Shown here in pieces: positions 23,306 through 35,994 of a stretch of DNA of 64,000 bases. This DNA is from Takakia lepidozioides. Taxonomy: Eukaryota > Plantae > Bryophyta. Both the position numbers and the translations under genes were made by a program. The stretch covers positions 28,086,001 through 28,150,000 of the forward strand of contig CM060733.1 in NCBI GenBank assembly GCA_030704615.1, written 5' to 3'. The first letter of the stretch is position 1. Every line of letters starts with the position of its first letter. The notes beneath the pieces were generated by a model that worked only from the letters and a program-made list of their open reading frames with translations, was not told the DNA's origin and made no database searches.

Positions 23306-26300
23306 TGTATCATCCATCGAATATTCCAGGGAGAGTCTCCGTACCACCTCCATCAATCGAAGTCAATCAGGAAATTGAGTATGAAGTCGACGAAGTCCTA
23401 AACTCTCGCATCAAGTATAAACGTCTTGAGTATTTCATACATTGAAAAGACTACGACATTAGCGAACGAACGTGAGAACCTTCATCCAACCTTGCCAATG
23501 CATCTGACAAAGTCCAAGAGTTTCATCAACGATATCCAGCTAAGCCCCGAGCTACACGTCAATAAGACGTCACAACGATGATGTCAGCCAAGTTAGCTTC
23601 AAGGTGAAGACTCCACATTCAATGTACCTGATACACGCTAAGGAGGGAAGAGCACCACACATCAGTATATATAACTACACTTCCAGTACTCTTGCATCTT
23701 GTATTGGCAGTATGGAGTCACAGGAACCAGATACATTGGAGTTGTCGCTTACCCAGCTACCAGATCAGCCGTTCCGACTCTCACGATCTTCAACATCACG
23801 CCGACGCTCTCGAGACGATGGGCCATCAATGCAACACGTACTTCCTCGTCCGGACCCTGTATGACGGCAAGTGGAGCCTACTCGAAGTCTGATAATTCTG
23901 TTGGAGGTTGGTTCTTCAAGAGTGCCGCGGTGCGCTTGGCTCCACCGTGGCCCGCAAGCGGACCATCGTGGTATTATCTCAGGAGACTATCTCTGAGCCC
24001 TCCCTTCGACACGTAGAGACGCTTTTGCTTGTACCGGAGCAGTCCATTTTGCAAGTGAAACTGCGATTTAACCCCATCCTCAAGTCCCGTATCACGGACT
24101 TCGCTATCTTATCTTTCCGGTAAGCCTTCCGGATCTTCCTTTGGAGCGCCGACACATAATTCCGCAAGATTTGCTTCACCACGGAATTCACTCTTTCCGT
24201 TTGGCCGTCCGTCGTAGGTCGGAAGGCGGTGCTCATCTTGAGCCTCGTCCCCATCTTCTTCCAAAGTGCCCTCCAAAATTTACTAGTAAACTTTGGATCG
24301 CGGTCCGAGACAATATCCTTCGGGAGTCCATGATGCTTGAAGACGTGGGCAAAGTAAAGTCGCCCCGTCTCCTGCACCGTTGCCGTCTCCTTGGTGGGAA
24401 TGAAATGACCCATTTTATTGAACCTATCCACCACCACCATGATTGCATCGAATCCTTGGCATAGCAGTCATGAAATCCATCGAGACACTTTCCCAAGACC
24501 CCTCTGGAATCGGCAAGGGTTGTAACAGCCCCGTTTGCTTTTTGTACTCGCTCCGGTTTTGTTGGCATGTGGTGCATGTCTTGACATACTCCTCGGCCTC
24601 CTCCCTCAGTTTGGGCTAGAAATACTCTTTCTTCAAGAGTGCCACGGTGCGCTTGGCTCCACCGTGGCCCGCAAAGCGAGCCATCGTGGTATTCTCTCAG
24701 GAGACTATCTCTGATCCCTCCCTTCGACACGTAGAGACACTTTTGCTTGTACCGGAGCAGTCCATTTTGCAAGTGGAACTGCGATTTAACCCCCATCCTC
24801 AAGTCCTGCATCACGGACTTCGCTATCTTATCTTTCCGGTAAGCCTTCCGGATCTTCCTTTGGAGCGCCGTCTCGCCCCTGTACACCAACATGAGCTGCT
24901 GCTTTCTACTTAAAGCGTCGGCCACCACATTGTCCCGTCCCGGTTTGTACTGGATATCCACGTCGAACAAAATACTTCACCGTGACATTGTCCGTGAACA
25001 CCTTCACCGGATTGGAACCAACATAGTGGCGCCAAAGCTCAAGGCAATGCACCACCGCCTTCATTTTTTTTTCGTGCGTATGCCACCGTTGCTCCACTTC
25101 ATTTAGTTTCTTACTTTCGTTAGCCACTGGACGTTCATCCTGCATGAGCACACCCCCAATTGCGAAGTCCGACGCATCTGTATGAATCTCAAATGGACGG
25201 TCGAACTCCGGGATTTTTAGGACTGGAGCTTCCGCCATCCACTGCTTCAACTCAGCAAAAGCTTGGCCACAAAATGTGTTCCATACCCAGACTTTGGACT
25301 TACACAGAAGGTCCGACAGCAGCCCCGCGATCTTGGCAAAATTTCTCACATACTTTCGGTAATAGGAGGCGAGTCCTAGGAAAGATCGCACTCTCGGGAC
25401 CGAAGTCGGAGGCTCCCAGTCCAAGATCGCCCTCACATTTCTGTCATCCATTTTGATCCCATCCTGTGTAATCACATGCCCAAGGAACTCCACTTTTGTG
25501 ACCCCGAATTTGCATTTTGAAGCTTTGGCATACAACTTCCCTTCCCGCAATTTCTAGAACACCCTTTTGAGGTGCTCCAGGTGCTCTTCCTTTGTTTTCG
25601 AGTACACCGAGATGTCGTCGATGTACACGATCACAAAGTCATCCAACCACTCCTGGAAAAGGCTGTTCATTAGCGTGCTAAAGGTCGTGGGTGCATTGGT
25701 GAGCCCAAAAGGCATCACCAAGAAGGCGTCCCATCCTTCTTGTCTGCGAATAGCACCGGGGCTCCGTAGGTTGACTTACTCGGCCGGATGTACCCCTTTG
25801 ACATTAGATCTTTGAGCTGAGCTTTCAATTCGACCAACTCTCTGTGGCTCAACCGGTAGGGCTTGGCTAAGTAGTGCACGAAACCTTGACAATTGAACAT
25901 AACTCGGGCTTCCACGGAGTTGTCCGAAGAGTCCATCAGCCGCTTGGTAGAGGCAGTGGTCGCCAAGACTTGCAAGGTAGGCAACTACTCTTGTGAGTTG
26001 TATCAGGAAACTGGCGCCTTGCGTAAAGGGAATCAGTTATTGTTCGTGAGTGGGATAATTTCCGGAACTAACGTGTCGTTGTTGGTGGACGTAGGAGCGT
26101 CGAACTCCTTCATGACACCGGCAACAACACGAAAGTTGGGGCTCCCGACAAGTGACGTGGGGGCCTCTATTGAAGTGCATTCTGCCAAAGGAGAACCACA
26201 ACTGGCGACGAGGTTGGCGTTCGATGTTCCTCTTCAGCTGGGGAGTTGGGAGGGAGGTGAGAACTTCACCCTTTGCGAGATCGATGGAGTGGATCTCATT

Positions 26301-27619
26301 TTGGGGATGACCTTTTTGAGCAAATCAGGAGCGGTCATAGATGGCCGCAAGAGAATAGTCACGCTACCGTGTGGGAATGGTGGTGAAGTTTTACGAGTGT
26401 CGGAAACGCCCAACCCAGTGGGAGGGTGAATAAATCTGCCGTCAGCAAAAGAGTGGGCCGTGGAGGAGCCACACGAGCCCCAGTTTTTGCTTTACATAAG
26501 ACAAGTGGAGGGAGAAGGCGATAGGGAGACGAGCCTAGATTGGATCAAGGGGATCTTAGATAAATACCAGGATGTGATGCCGGAGGATTTACCAAGCGGT
26601 TTGCCACCGCGAAGAGGAGTTGACCACAAGATTGAGGTGATACTGGGATCGGGCTCCCCGCAATTAAAGCACACTCCATCGAAGATCACCTTCTGTCCGC
26701 CATAAGCCGCTGCACTTGACTTTCCTTTCAGAGCACCGGGTGCCGTCTTGACGTGTGAAGGCCCTCCCTTCGATTTCCAAGTGTCATTGTCGCCGCGTGG
26801 CCTATCCCACTTCTTTTCCGGTCGGAAGGAGTCACCCTCCCGCCGGACCTTCTTGTGGTTCAGCTTTGTACGGCCTTGTCTTTCGCCCCTAGGGACATCC
26901 GAGAAACATTCAGCCCTCTCAATTGCCTCGTTCAAAGTCTTAGGTGGCTTCTCCTATAACTTCCGCTTGGCCCATGGGGCCAGTCTCGCCACAAAGTTGA
27001 AGACCATTTCTGGTTCTGCCATGTCCGCGACTTCGAGCAATAGCACATTGAAAGCCTGAACATATCCCCAAATGTCATCCGTTTGCTTTAAATCCCTCAT
27101 CTTGTCCCGGACGAGCCACGACGCGTTCAGGGGCACAAACTGTCTTTTCATAAGTTCCTTGAACCCACTCCAGCTCAAGGTTTCCGGGTTTGGACCTTAG
27201 TCATCAAGGTGTTTCTGCCACCATTGTTGAGCATAGCCCCTCAAATAGGTGGGAGCCACTTCCACCCGATCCTTGTCACTTAACTTGGCCGCCCGGAAAT
27301 ACTGCTCTAGCTCCAAGAGCCAGATGTTGAGTGCCTTCCGATTTCGGACGCCTTCAAAGGTGTCGGGTTCCTTAGGCTTCACCTTAAACTTTGCCTTAGT
27401 GGAAGTGGCATTAGCCGCCTTCAACACGTCTTTCAACGTCCCGCCAAACTGCGCCAGCAACCTTTCCCAAAAGGCTGCTGACATGGGAGACATCTGTTGG
27501 TCTGCCGGAGCCTCCGGGGAGTCCTCGGGCTCCGACTCCTCAGATTCCTCCCGTTCTTGAGCGGCCTTGCTTTCAAAAGTATGAATCGATCTCAAGGATG
27601 ATCACGTACTGAACTCCAA

Positions 27620-27631
27620 GCTCTGATACCA
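27620..27631 (-). promoter_or_regulatory. Primer binding site, tRNA-iMet (TGGTATCAGAGC)
   Basis: Canonical PBS 2 nt inside the LTR end. Confidence 0.92.
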
Positions 27632-27633
27632 AG

Positions 27634-28361
27634 TGTCGCGCACCTTACTTCGGTAAGCTCCCCTTCAAGTCATAGTCACTCGCTTTGATGCGCGCGCCTA
27701 ACTCCCAAACTGGCCGCCGGGCCAACTCGGAGCTTTGGTTGCTCACCGGGACATAACGGTCCCCCTTTACTCCCCCACTTGACCCTCTCTCAATTTGGGT
27801 CAAGTGGAAATTCCCTTTGGTCGATGGTAGTCCGGAACAGCTCCCCACACCTTGGTTGCTTTCCGGCTTGCACGCTTACTCACTAGGTTTTGGTCACCAA
27901 CGGGCTTGCACCGTTCTCGGGGTTACTACTCCCTATATATACTTCTGTGACTGTCCACGGGGGTTTCACAAACAACCATGCCATTTTATGGCGAACCACC
28001 ACGAAAACCCTCGATTCCCGGTGTTGAGTCACGGTGAGTCTTGGCCCACCCACCATGGTCCCATTGGACCGTGATGAGTCCCAAGACTCCCCACGACTCC
28101 CACCACAAGGTCTCCGCCCCCATGGTGAGTCCTATGCCACCCCCACTAAGTCCCACTAAGTCCCACTAAACTACCACCACCCCTCATGGAACCACCCCCA
28201 CCGCAACCCGGTGTGCGGGGCTCTACCTAGTGAGCGCCTCGGCCTCCTTGAGTGCATTGGGCACTCAAGGGTGCCCGCATCTATTGTTGCCACTGCCCCG
28301 ACCACAGGGGCAACCCCTCTCGTGTCCCGACCCCCTGCCCTCAAGGCGAAGGGCCGCGACA
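27634..28361 (-). repeat. 5' LTR of the family A copy
   Basis: TGTCGCG..CGCGACA termini; homologous to 4136-4870. Confidence 0.92.
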
Positions 28362-28397
28362 CAACCTCTAGAGTAGCATGTAACACTTGTCATCTTA

Positions 28398-28765
28398 GCC
28401 CAAGTGTAATATCTTTTATGTATCCGAGTGCGTATCCTATGTCGATGCCCAAGTGCGACCTCTAGTGTAGCCTATGCCGTCGGCCCATGTGTGACAAATT
28501 GAAATCTAAGACCAAGTGCAATTTCCTATGCATCCAAGTGCAATTTCCTATGCATCCAAGTGCGTCTCCTATGTCGAGGCCCATCTAAGCCCAAGTGCAA
28601 TCTTCTATTAATGTATCCAAGTGCATCTCCAATATAGAGGCCCAAGTGTCTAGTGGATCATCTTAACGCAAGTGCAATCTCCTAAGTATCCAAGTACGTC
28701 TCCCATGTCTAGGGTGGCATGTGCCGTTGGCCCAAGTGACCAATATCATTTAAGTCCAAGTGCAT
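28398..28765. repeat. Degenerate minisatellite with core CCAAGTGCAATTTCCTATG(C/T)AT
   Basis: About a dozen CCAAGTG cores spaced roughly 22-45 bp apart; two exact 22 bp units at about 28512-28555. Confidence 0.85.
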
Positions 28766-29626
28766 CAATATATGAAGCAAGCCATATTTAATCATTTTTT
28801 TCCACAGAGCCTACGACCACATTTGAACCGGAGACCTTTCCCTCAATATCTCTCCCGTCGAGGCTCCAATTAACCATTGTCCCAGGAATGCTTTTTGCTA
28901 TTTTCTGTGAATTTCCAGCGATCAAAAGTACTTGGAATTCCACATCTCCCTCACCGCTTGTCCAAAAATCATGAGACCAACCTGGTGCACCCCTCCTCAT
29001 CAAGGGCTTTCCAACGGCACCCGGGCTGGCCCGCGGTTTGGGAGATCTCAACTACGCTACAAAAACAAAACAAACGTCTCCCTTCATATATTAATATTGA
29101 TATTCTCACTCTCTTTCTTGTTTCAAGAAGACATTTTATCCCTTCGATAGGGAATCTCAAACAAACAATCAAATGGAGACTCACAGTCCAAGGCTTCTTA
29201 ACCTAAGTGAGATTATTGTATATTGGTAGGTGATTCTTGTATCATTTACATGTATTTCTATTGTTATAAGTTAGGTCACAGTCTCCATACGTGTGCTAAG
29301 GTGTAACAACTGCAATTGTTTTATACTCCCAATGCACGGTGATTCACATTATTCCCATTATCAAACATCCAAAAAAAAAAAAAACATCCATACTTCTCAA
29401 GATTTTCCTGCCACAATTATATGTGTGTATAATAGTTTTAATGATGGATGAAAATATACATTTTCTCATCATATGTCATTATGTAGTTGATAGAACTTCG
29501 TCTGTCTCTGAGAGCCTTATGTGGGGCTCAGAGTGAGCAAGTCCTGTTGGTGCTTTCCCTCTTGGGCCAGTTCTGACGGCGTATTGTTTCAGGACGCAAG
29601 GTTTCCATCCCATCACATTCCCACTA

Positions 29627-32600
29627 ATGGCCAATACGTCGGCTCCGTATGGCAAGTCTCGCCCACATGTAGTCATAGTCCCTCACCCCGTCTCTGGACA
29701 CTCTATTCCCTTCGTACAATTTGCCAAGCTGCTATGCACATCCGGAATTACCACCAGCTTCGTGAGCACTGACAGTCATATTGCAAACCTCATTCAGGAA
29801 AACCATGGAACTGATGACGGCCTAGACCTGCGATTTGTGACCCTGCAAGACGGCATAACGGGCCCAATGGCCCCCATGTTTTCTGGGGAAGAAAAGAAGG
29901 TGGAGGAAGCAAAACTGGCAAAGCTCCTGGAGGCTCTGATAGTGAATATGATGGAAACCACCACAGCGAGCTTCAAGATAAATCAGCGGTCAGTGCCACC
30001 AGGTGGCAAGCCTTGCTGCATTCTGTCAGACATGTTTGTTTTGGGTTGGACTTCAAAGGTAGCCGAAAAGCTTGGCATTCAAAGTCATGTCCTATTTACC
30101 TCACCAGCGGCATTTTTATCGCTTTTGTTCCAGGTATGAATTCTCTTCTAGCTCTATTGAAAATCTAACAATCGCGATCTGAATGATCCAAATCGGGAGT
30201 AGACATCTGGTCGAGTTGAACAAAAAATTGACAGACGTGGTGCCAGACGGAAGGAAACCTTAACTTGATGAAGAATTGGTGCTTTATACGTCTATGGCAA
30301 CGCGGGCAGTGAAACAGTACTTTTTAGCATGTTTCACACTGTTCTGAGAATGACCGGTTCTATACTAGTAACCTGAAATTCGAAAAGGAGAACGAAATCT
30401 AACTGGACAGGGGTATCCTGGTCAATTCCTAGTCTAAACTTGACATTTTTTTGTGAAAGGGATTGCTAACGGGGATCAGAGCGAACGGAGAGAGAAGAAA
30501 CAAACCAACTCAGCTCTTGTATTGTCCTCGGGTAGTGCAAACAGCTTACAGTACAAAGAGAGAGATCCCGAGAGAGGGAGGAACTTTGCCGAGTACTGTC
30601 GGCATGCCATAACATTGCAAACATGGCATCGTCCGTCCATAGCTATTAGCAACTCTCTAGATAGGCTCTTCACGGGCAGTGCATGGAGTATATAAGGATG
30701 TTTCGCATGCAGGATACAACGTTTTCCTTTTCAGTAGCTGACATATAAGTGCGAATGTGATGGCAGCTCAGAAGGCTCGCAGCTGAAGGGCTGTTGCCTC
30801 CCAGCAATCAGTCGCCCATTTCGTGCATTCCTGGCCTGCCACCACTGAGCCCTGCAGATGTTCCGCAGGGTTTGGATACCGGAAACAATCACCCCGTATT
30901 CACCTTTCTTCTTCGCCATTATTTACCTCTCACAGAGGCTTCAGTGTTCCTAATCAACTCTTTTCATGAGCTCGAAGCTAGGGTGTTTGATGCCCTGCAG
31001 ACCCAAGTCATTGGCACACCGAGTGTGAAGGTCAGTCACTTTCCTTGGTTGTTGATTCTGGCTTTTCAACTTTGTTGCTAGCACATGATTGTTGTGATTG
31101 CATTCAGGGCAATATTTCAAAATAACTTTGCTGACATGTGGATATGGGGGAGAATTAGATTGCCGGGACCCATGTTTAGAACTGCTGGAGCAAATCCTGA
31201 GAATTTAAGTATTTCAGGGGTACCCATGATTCAGGACTGCCCAAACATGCCACACTGCCAATTGGGTTTTAGCTGCAATGCCGCAGTGGCATCACATACA
31301 CACTAATCACCTTTGGTCCTAAGATTAACAAAAAAGGGATTGAGTTATGGTTTATGTGATTGGTATCTGGTTTTAGAGGTGTCAAATGTTCGGACCAAAT
31401 TCCGTAGATACACTAGACCAATTCCCAGTGAGGGTGTAGATCTGCCAGCAGCAGGCTCTGATGCAGGGGTGTCTTTCCAAAAGAGATCGCCAGGAACTAT
31501 TTGATACTCTCTCAGTAAACTTGAGTTGCATTGTTAGGACTGCCTAGAGAGGGCCTAGAGATGACTGAATATCACCACTTCCAAGAAGTTTTAGAGCAAC
31601 ACCATCCTGTGTTGGTTAGATAACATTTCATCATGTTCGGTTGTCACATTGCTTGGTACATGTGGAACGAAATGTTCAAATTCTTCTCATGTTGGATGCT
31701 CCATCCTGGGAGCCAGACTACTTCGTTTATTAGTTCTAAGTTGCAGGTGCTATTTGCAGGCTCGATCCGTTTTGCCCATTGGTCCGTTGCTTCTAACAGA
31801 GCGGCAAGCTTTCCAAAGCCATAAAAAGTTCGATGTGGACATTGTACAAGGAGAAGAAACTCAGAGTGACCCGTGTTTGCTATGGTTAAACACCCAAGTT
31901 CCTTCTTCAGTCATATACGTTGCATTTGGAAGCAAGCCAGCATCGTTGACAGGACCACAAATCCATGAGCTAGCACAGGGGCTTGAGGCTAGCGAGCAAC
32001 CTTTCTTGTGGATACTATGGCAACCCAATGTAGCACCCCCCTTGGCTTCAGAGTTGTTGCTGCCATCGGTCTCTGAATTGCTCCCTCCAGGTGAGAATTG
32101 GCCCACAATCCTAGACTGCGGCTTAGGAAGTTACATCTCATAATATCACATCAAACACACCGAAATTTTTGGAATCACCATCTGAACAACTCATAAGTGA
32201 CCGTCACCTTGTTAGAGCGACATGCCTCACACTTGGAGACATAGGCTAGCACATCATGTTGAGATCCCTTCCAATATTACACTTCTTGAATGCGAGCAAT
32301 GGTCTTCTTGATTCAAAGGAAAAGTGAAAGCGTCCCAACAAAGTATCCAACTGACTCCTCCGTGGTGGGGTAACAAATGTGAGGAAAAGGTGTTAGGGGC
32401 TAAAGAGGGGCTCAAGTTGGGAGGTCCTTTACATACCAACAATCTAATGGGAATATACACCTTGTAGCCGCAAGGTGAAGGGGCTCTTAGTTATGTTGCT
32501 CTGGCTTTTCTATACACCCCACAAAACATCCTTGGCTTGAACCAATAGATGGCCCAGGGGTTAGGGCACACGACTGCCTTATAAGTGGTCGTGGGTTCAA

Positions 32601-35600
32601 AGCCACATAGGTGTATGTTGGATGTCACCCATTATAACCAACCCAGCTACAAAATGGGATAACTGGTGAGTTGAACCGGTTACTCAACGTGTTGGGGACT
32701 TTCGTTGCCCCGGTTACCTCGTTATAATAGTCCTCCCTTTCAGGTGAAGGGACACCATAACCTCGATGGCTTGTGTGTTGAGCAGTAGGCTCTGTAAATT
32801 CATTGGACATTAAAGAAACTTTATCCTTTATCCTCGCTCTTACATCCGATTAGTTACTAACGTCACAAACATTCACATGTTAGCATATCATAGAAGCTTC
32901 AATATCCGTTGTCTATGAAGGAATGCTCCCATTGATGTACCGAGTGCAGTCCCTTGGTCGTTCTATACACATCTCTTCACATTTTGTAGAAGGGTGACAG
33001 TAGTTCCTGCTGCTTTTGAGGATGGCAGTAATGACAAGTTTGGTTTGCATCGACACAGGAAGACTATCAACCATGAAGTGAAAGCATTTGGTTTGATGGA
33101 TTTAATAGTACCTACCACTATATATATTCTGGTGCATGGCAGGTTAGTAATCCAGGATTTATGTGGCAGCAATGTTTCCTAGTAGGACATCGATTAGCTC
33201 ATGAGGAATTGGCCTGCAATAACTCCAGGTTTTGAGGAGCGTGTGAAGGATCGAGGTTTAATCTACACTGGTTGGGCACCCCAGCAGCAAATTCTTAGCC
33301 ACCCAGCTGTTGGCGGCTTCCTTACGCACTGTGGCTGGAATTCTGCACTGGAAAGTATCTGTGCAGGTGTCCCACTGCTCATATGGCCACTGGGGTCAGA
33401 GCAGCATATGAATGCCAGGTTAGATTCATGTTGGTTTGTTTCAGTAACCTAGAATGAGGAATGCACATTACCTTCCACCGTGTTCAGATCGAAAAATGAA
33501 GAGAAATCTAGTGCAGCCAAAGGACACCCAGAGGGCCTGTGGGATAAAGTAGAACAGTAACTTTGGATCCTGAAGGCCTCTGAGAGATTGTACTCATTAG
33601 ACGTTGTTTGCCGTAGCCTTGTGGCCATTGACCCCGCGCCCAGTTTGAGCGGGAACAAAAGGGACAGAACCTACCTCTGTCAGGGGCTGACGTTGGTAGT
33701 AAGACTTACCTTCATATATAGAATTAATCTGGGTTTCCCAGATATCCTCTAGAAATCCCTTCACACAAGCTGCTGTGTGTGATTTGCTCAAAAACTAGGC
33801 CTCAGGAGGGCCTGAGCTTTTTGCTCAGCCTCGAGACTTTCAAAGTTGGTAAACAGGGGTACAGGCACAATTCCCTTGATAGATTTGAAGAGAGCGTCTC
33901 TTTGGTGAGAGAACCCCGGACAGTGTATCAGAAAATGAATACTGTCTTCAGATTGCCCACACAACGGGCAATTGCACTCTCCCTTTCCTCTCTGCTTCTG
34001 TTTGCTGTTCAAAGGTAGGCTTCCTGCCCTGAGTTTAAATTTCAGTCTAGTGCCGAGAGTGGGTAGACCCTTGAGGTCATCCAAGATGTCCTCCCCGATG
34101 TCACTGACTGGAAACAAGTTCAGGGAAGTTTTCTGCCTAACTTCATTTTCATCAGACAATCTCATGGCAACAGACATGGCTTTGGACACTACAGCCTCTA
34201 AGTCAGATTTATCCAGCAGGGTCAAGACTTGCGGATCCAGGTCCAGGTCCTTGAGAATCTCTTCTACTCTCTTCTGCCAGGACTTAGCCTGTTTGACAGG
34301 GAGGTCCTGTTTCCAAGATATAGAGTCGATTAACTTAGGATATCTGGTGTTGGACATATGTTGCAGCTGACCCCACCATCTGACCTTGAATTCATCTCGT
34401 CGGGAGCTTAAGGACGGAATGCCAAACTCACCCCGAACAGCCACATTGGCTGTTTTGGAGCATGCTGACATACACTCCTTAAGCACCCCCACTTGAATGG
34501 ATTCTAGAGACTTAGCCTGGTTGGAGTTATCAACCCATATTGCAGATCCGTACTCCAAGGCAGGTCTAATAACACGACAAAGCATGGTTTTCTTAACCTC
34601 AGAGTTGACCCCTCTGCAGTGGAAAAATTTAGTGAGCCCCAGAGCTTTGCCCTTGCCAGTTTGAACAACTTTCCGGATATGTGCCTCCCAATTGCAATTG
34701 GAGGAAAACTCAACGCCCAGGTAAGTGTAGGAAGGGAGGAGGGATCTCTTGGCTACCCCACTGCCACTTAAGATCACTTCCTCCCTCTCCTCTGTCGTTG
34801 AATGCTACCCCTGCACATTTGCTGACATTAGCCTCTAGCCCCCAAAGGTCAAAGTATCTCTTCGCGCAATCAATCAACTCCTGGAGATTGGTTGGAGTCT
34901 CCCCTATGCCTGCGAAGTCATCCGCAAACATAAGGGCTGGTATGGTGGTATCACCCACCCTTAACCCAAATCCCTCACTTTCCACATCCTCGAGGAGTTG
35001 ATTGATGAAAACATTGCAGAGTAGAGGGGAGTTGAGCTACACCTTGGCCTCTGAGAGAGAGAGTGAGAGAGGGTGGTTGGGTATAGCACATAAGGTTAAC
35101 TGTGGATGGGGAACTTGTAGAGGAAAGCAGAAGAAAGAAAAATATCCCTACCACTTGTAGCCTTCCATGTTGAAAAGTGGTAATCAAGAATTCATGGACT
35201 TTGTGTGGATGGAGAGGAAGGGGATATTGACCTCCCGAAGATTTCCACTGAAGGCAAAGGTTTGAACTTGTGGGCGTCCCTTTTGTAGACATGGTCGAAA
35301 TGGAAAGCATGGTTGGTTATCTTGGCCTTTGTTAGGGACTTGCAAATTCCTACAAGCCTACTGTGGTGTGATAATTGACAGCTTAGTCTGAACTCAAATT
35401 GGTTTGGGTGAGCAAAAATACTCAAGAGGTTGTGATCTCCTTCCCTACAGGAAATAAGGAGGGATAGAGTCAAGCCTCACTTGCTCTTGGGCTAATGTAG
35501 GTGGAATGTGACGTGACATTATTGGGGAATGAACCAAAGCTGGAGTGTTTGCTATTTAACAAATTTCTACCAACTACTCATGTCATCATAGTAAATGCAC

Positions 35601-35994
35601 ATACCTTAACATCAAGCAGGAATTCAATTTTGGGATAGGAATTGACAGTGTGAAGAGAGCAGACCTTTGTCAAGTATGAAACCCAGTGTTGCATTGAAAG
35701 AGCAAAGCAGATACTTTTTGACTGGTTTGATGATACACTTTCCTGTGCTGCAGATTTCTTGTGGATACAGCAAAACTGGGAATGGAGATGCAACAGGGAG
35801 AGAGTGGATTGTATGAGAAGGCAGATATTGAGAGGGCAGTGAGGGTTCTGATGAGAGAGGATCAAGGAGTGGTCATCAGAAGCAGGATGAAAGCTATGGG
35901 AGACCTGGCACGGACAGCCTTTGCGGATGGAGGATCCTCCAACAGGAATTTGGAGGCATATGTGAATGAACTTGAGTCAGGCGTCCCCATCTAA
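29627..35994 (+). CDS. Family-1 UDP-glycosyltransferase, 5 exons (29627-30133, 30767-31030, 31760-32090, 33229-33418, 35754-35994), 510 aa
   Basis: All introns are GT-AG and phase-compatible (1533 nt in total). Catalytic His ([10 protein letters not shown]) and Asp (ILSDMF). PSPG box [45 protein letters not shown]-terminal GGSSNRNL. Confidence 0.93.
32540..32833 (+). mobile_element. Degenerate tRNA-derived SINE in UGT intron 3
   Basis: A-box TGGCCCAGGGGTTAGG and B-box GGGTTCAAAGCC. The head and GACACCATAA are shared with the SINE at 52593. Ends in CTTTATCCTTTATCC. Boundaries are approximate. Confidence 0.55.
33588..35045 (-). mobile_element. 5'-truncated non-L1 LINE (RTE/RTEX/L2-like) in UGT intron 4
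   Basis: [36 protein letters not shown] and C-terminal CPLC..HFLIHCP. 13 bp TSD GGCCTCTGAGAGA at 33575-33587 and 35046-35058. Confidence 0.9.

Larger units (their letters stand above)
4871..23906 (+). mobile_element. Ty3/Gypsy chromovirus family B (Tf2/Tcn1-like), split into 4871-5249, 7877-8938 and 23306-23906 by nested insertions
   Basis: RNase H end ([18 protein letters not shown]), integrase ([41 protein letters not shown]) and chromodomain at 23310-23565 (EYEVDEVLNSR..LEYFIH). The frame is restored across both insertions (DLFYFNG; LMELYHP). A probable LTR remnant starts at about 23582 with TATATATAA at about 23667. Confidence 0.9.
23907..28361 (-). mobile_element. Rearranged family A Gypsy copy: 5' LTR, PBS, gag, inverted protease segment, deleted RT, duplicated integrase segment, no 3' end
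   Basis: Gag (KPKEPDTFEG, YLRGYAQQWW, CFNCGEP) on the minus strand. Protease (LLVDVGASNSF) on the plus strand at 25866-26650. RT, RNase H and integrase on the minus strand are homologous to 480-2510. Confidence 0.92.

Noticed and set aside
4136-28361. The two family A LTRs as ends of one giant element
   Set aside because: They are in opposite orientation, have different flanks (CCTCG vs CAACC), and each belongs to its own internal region.
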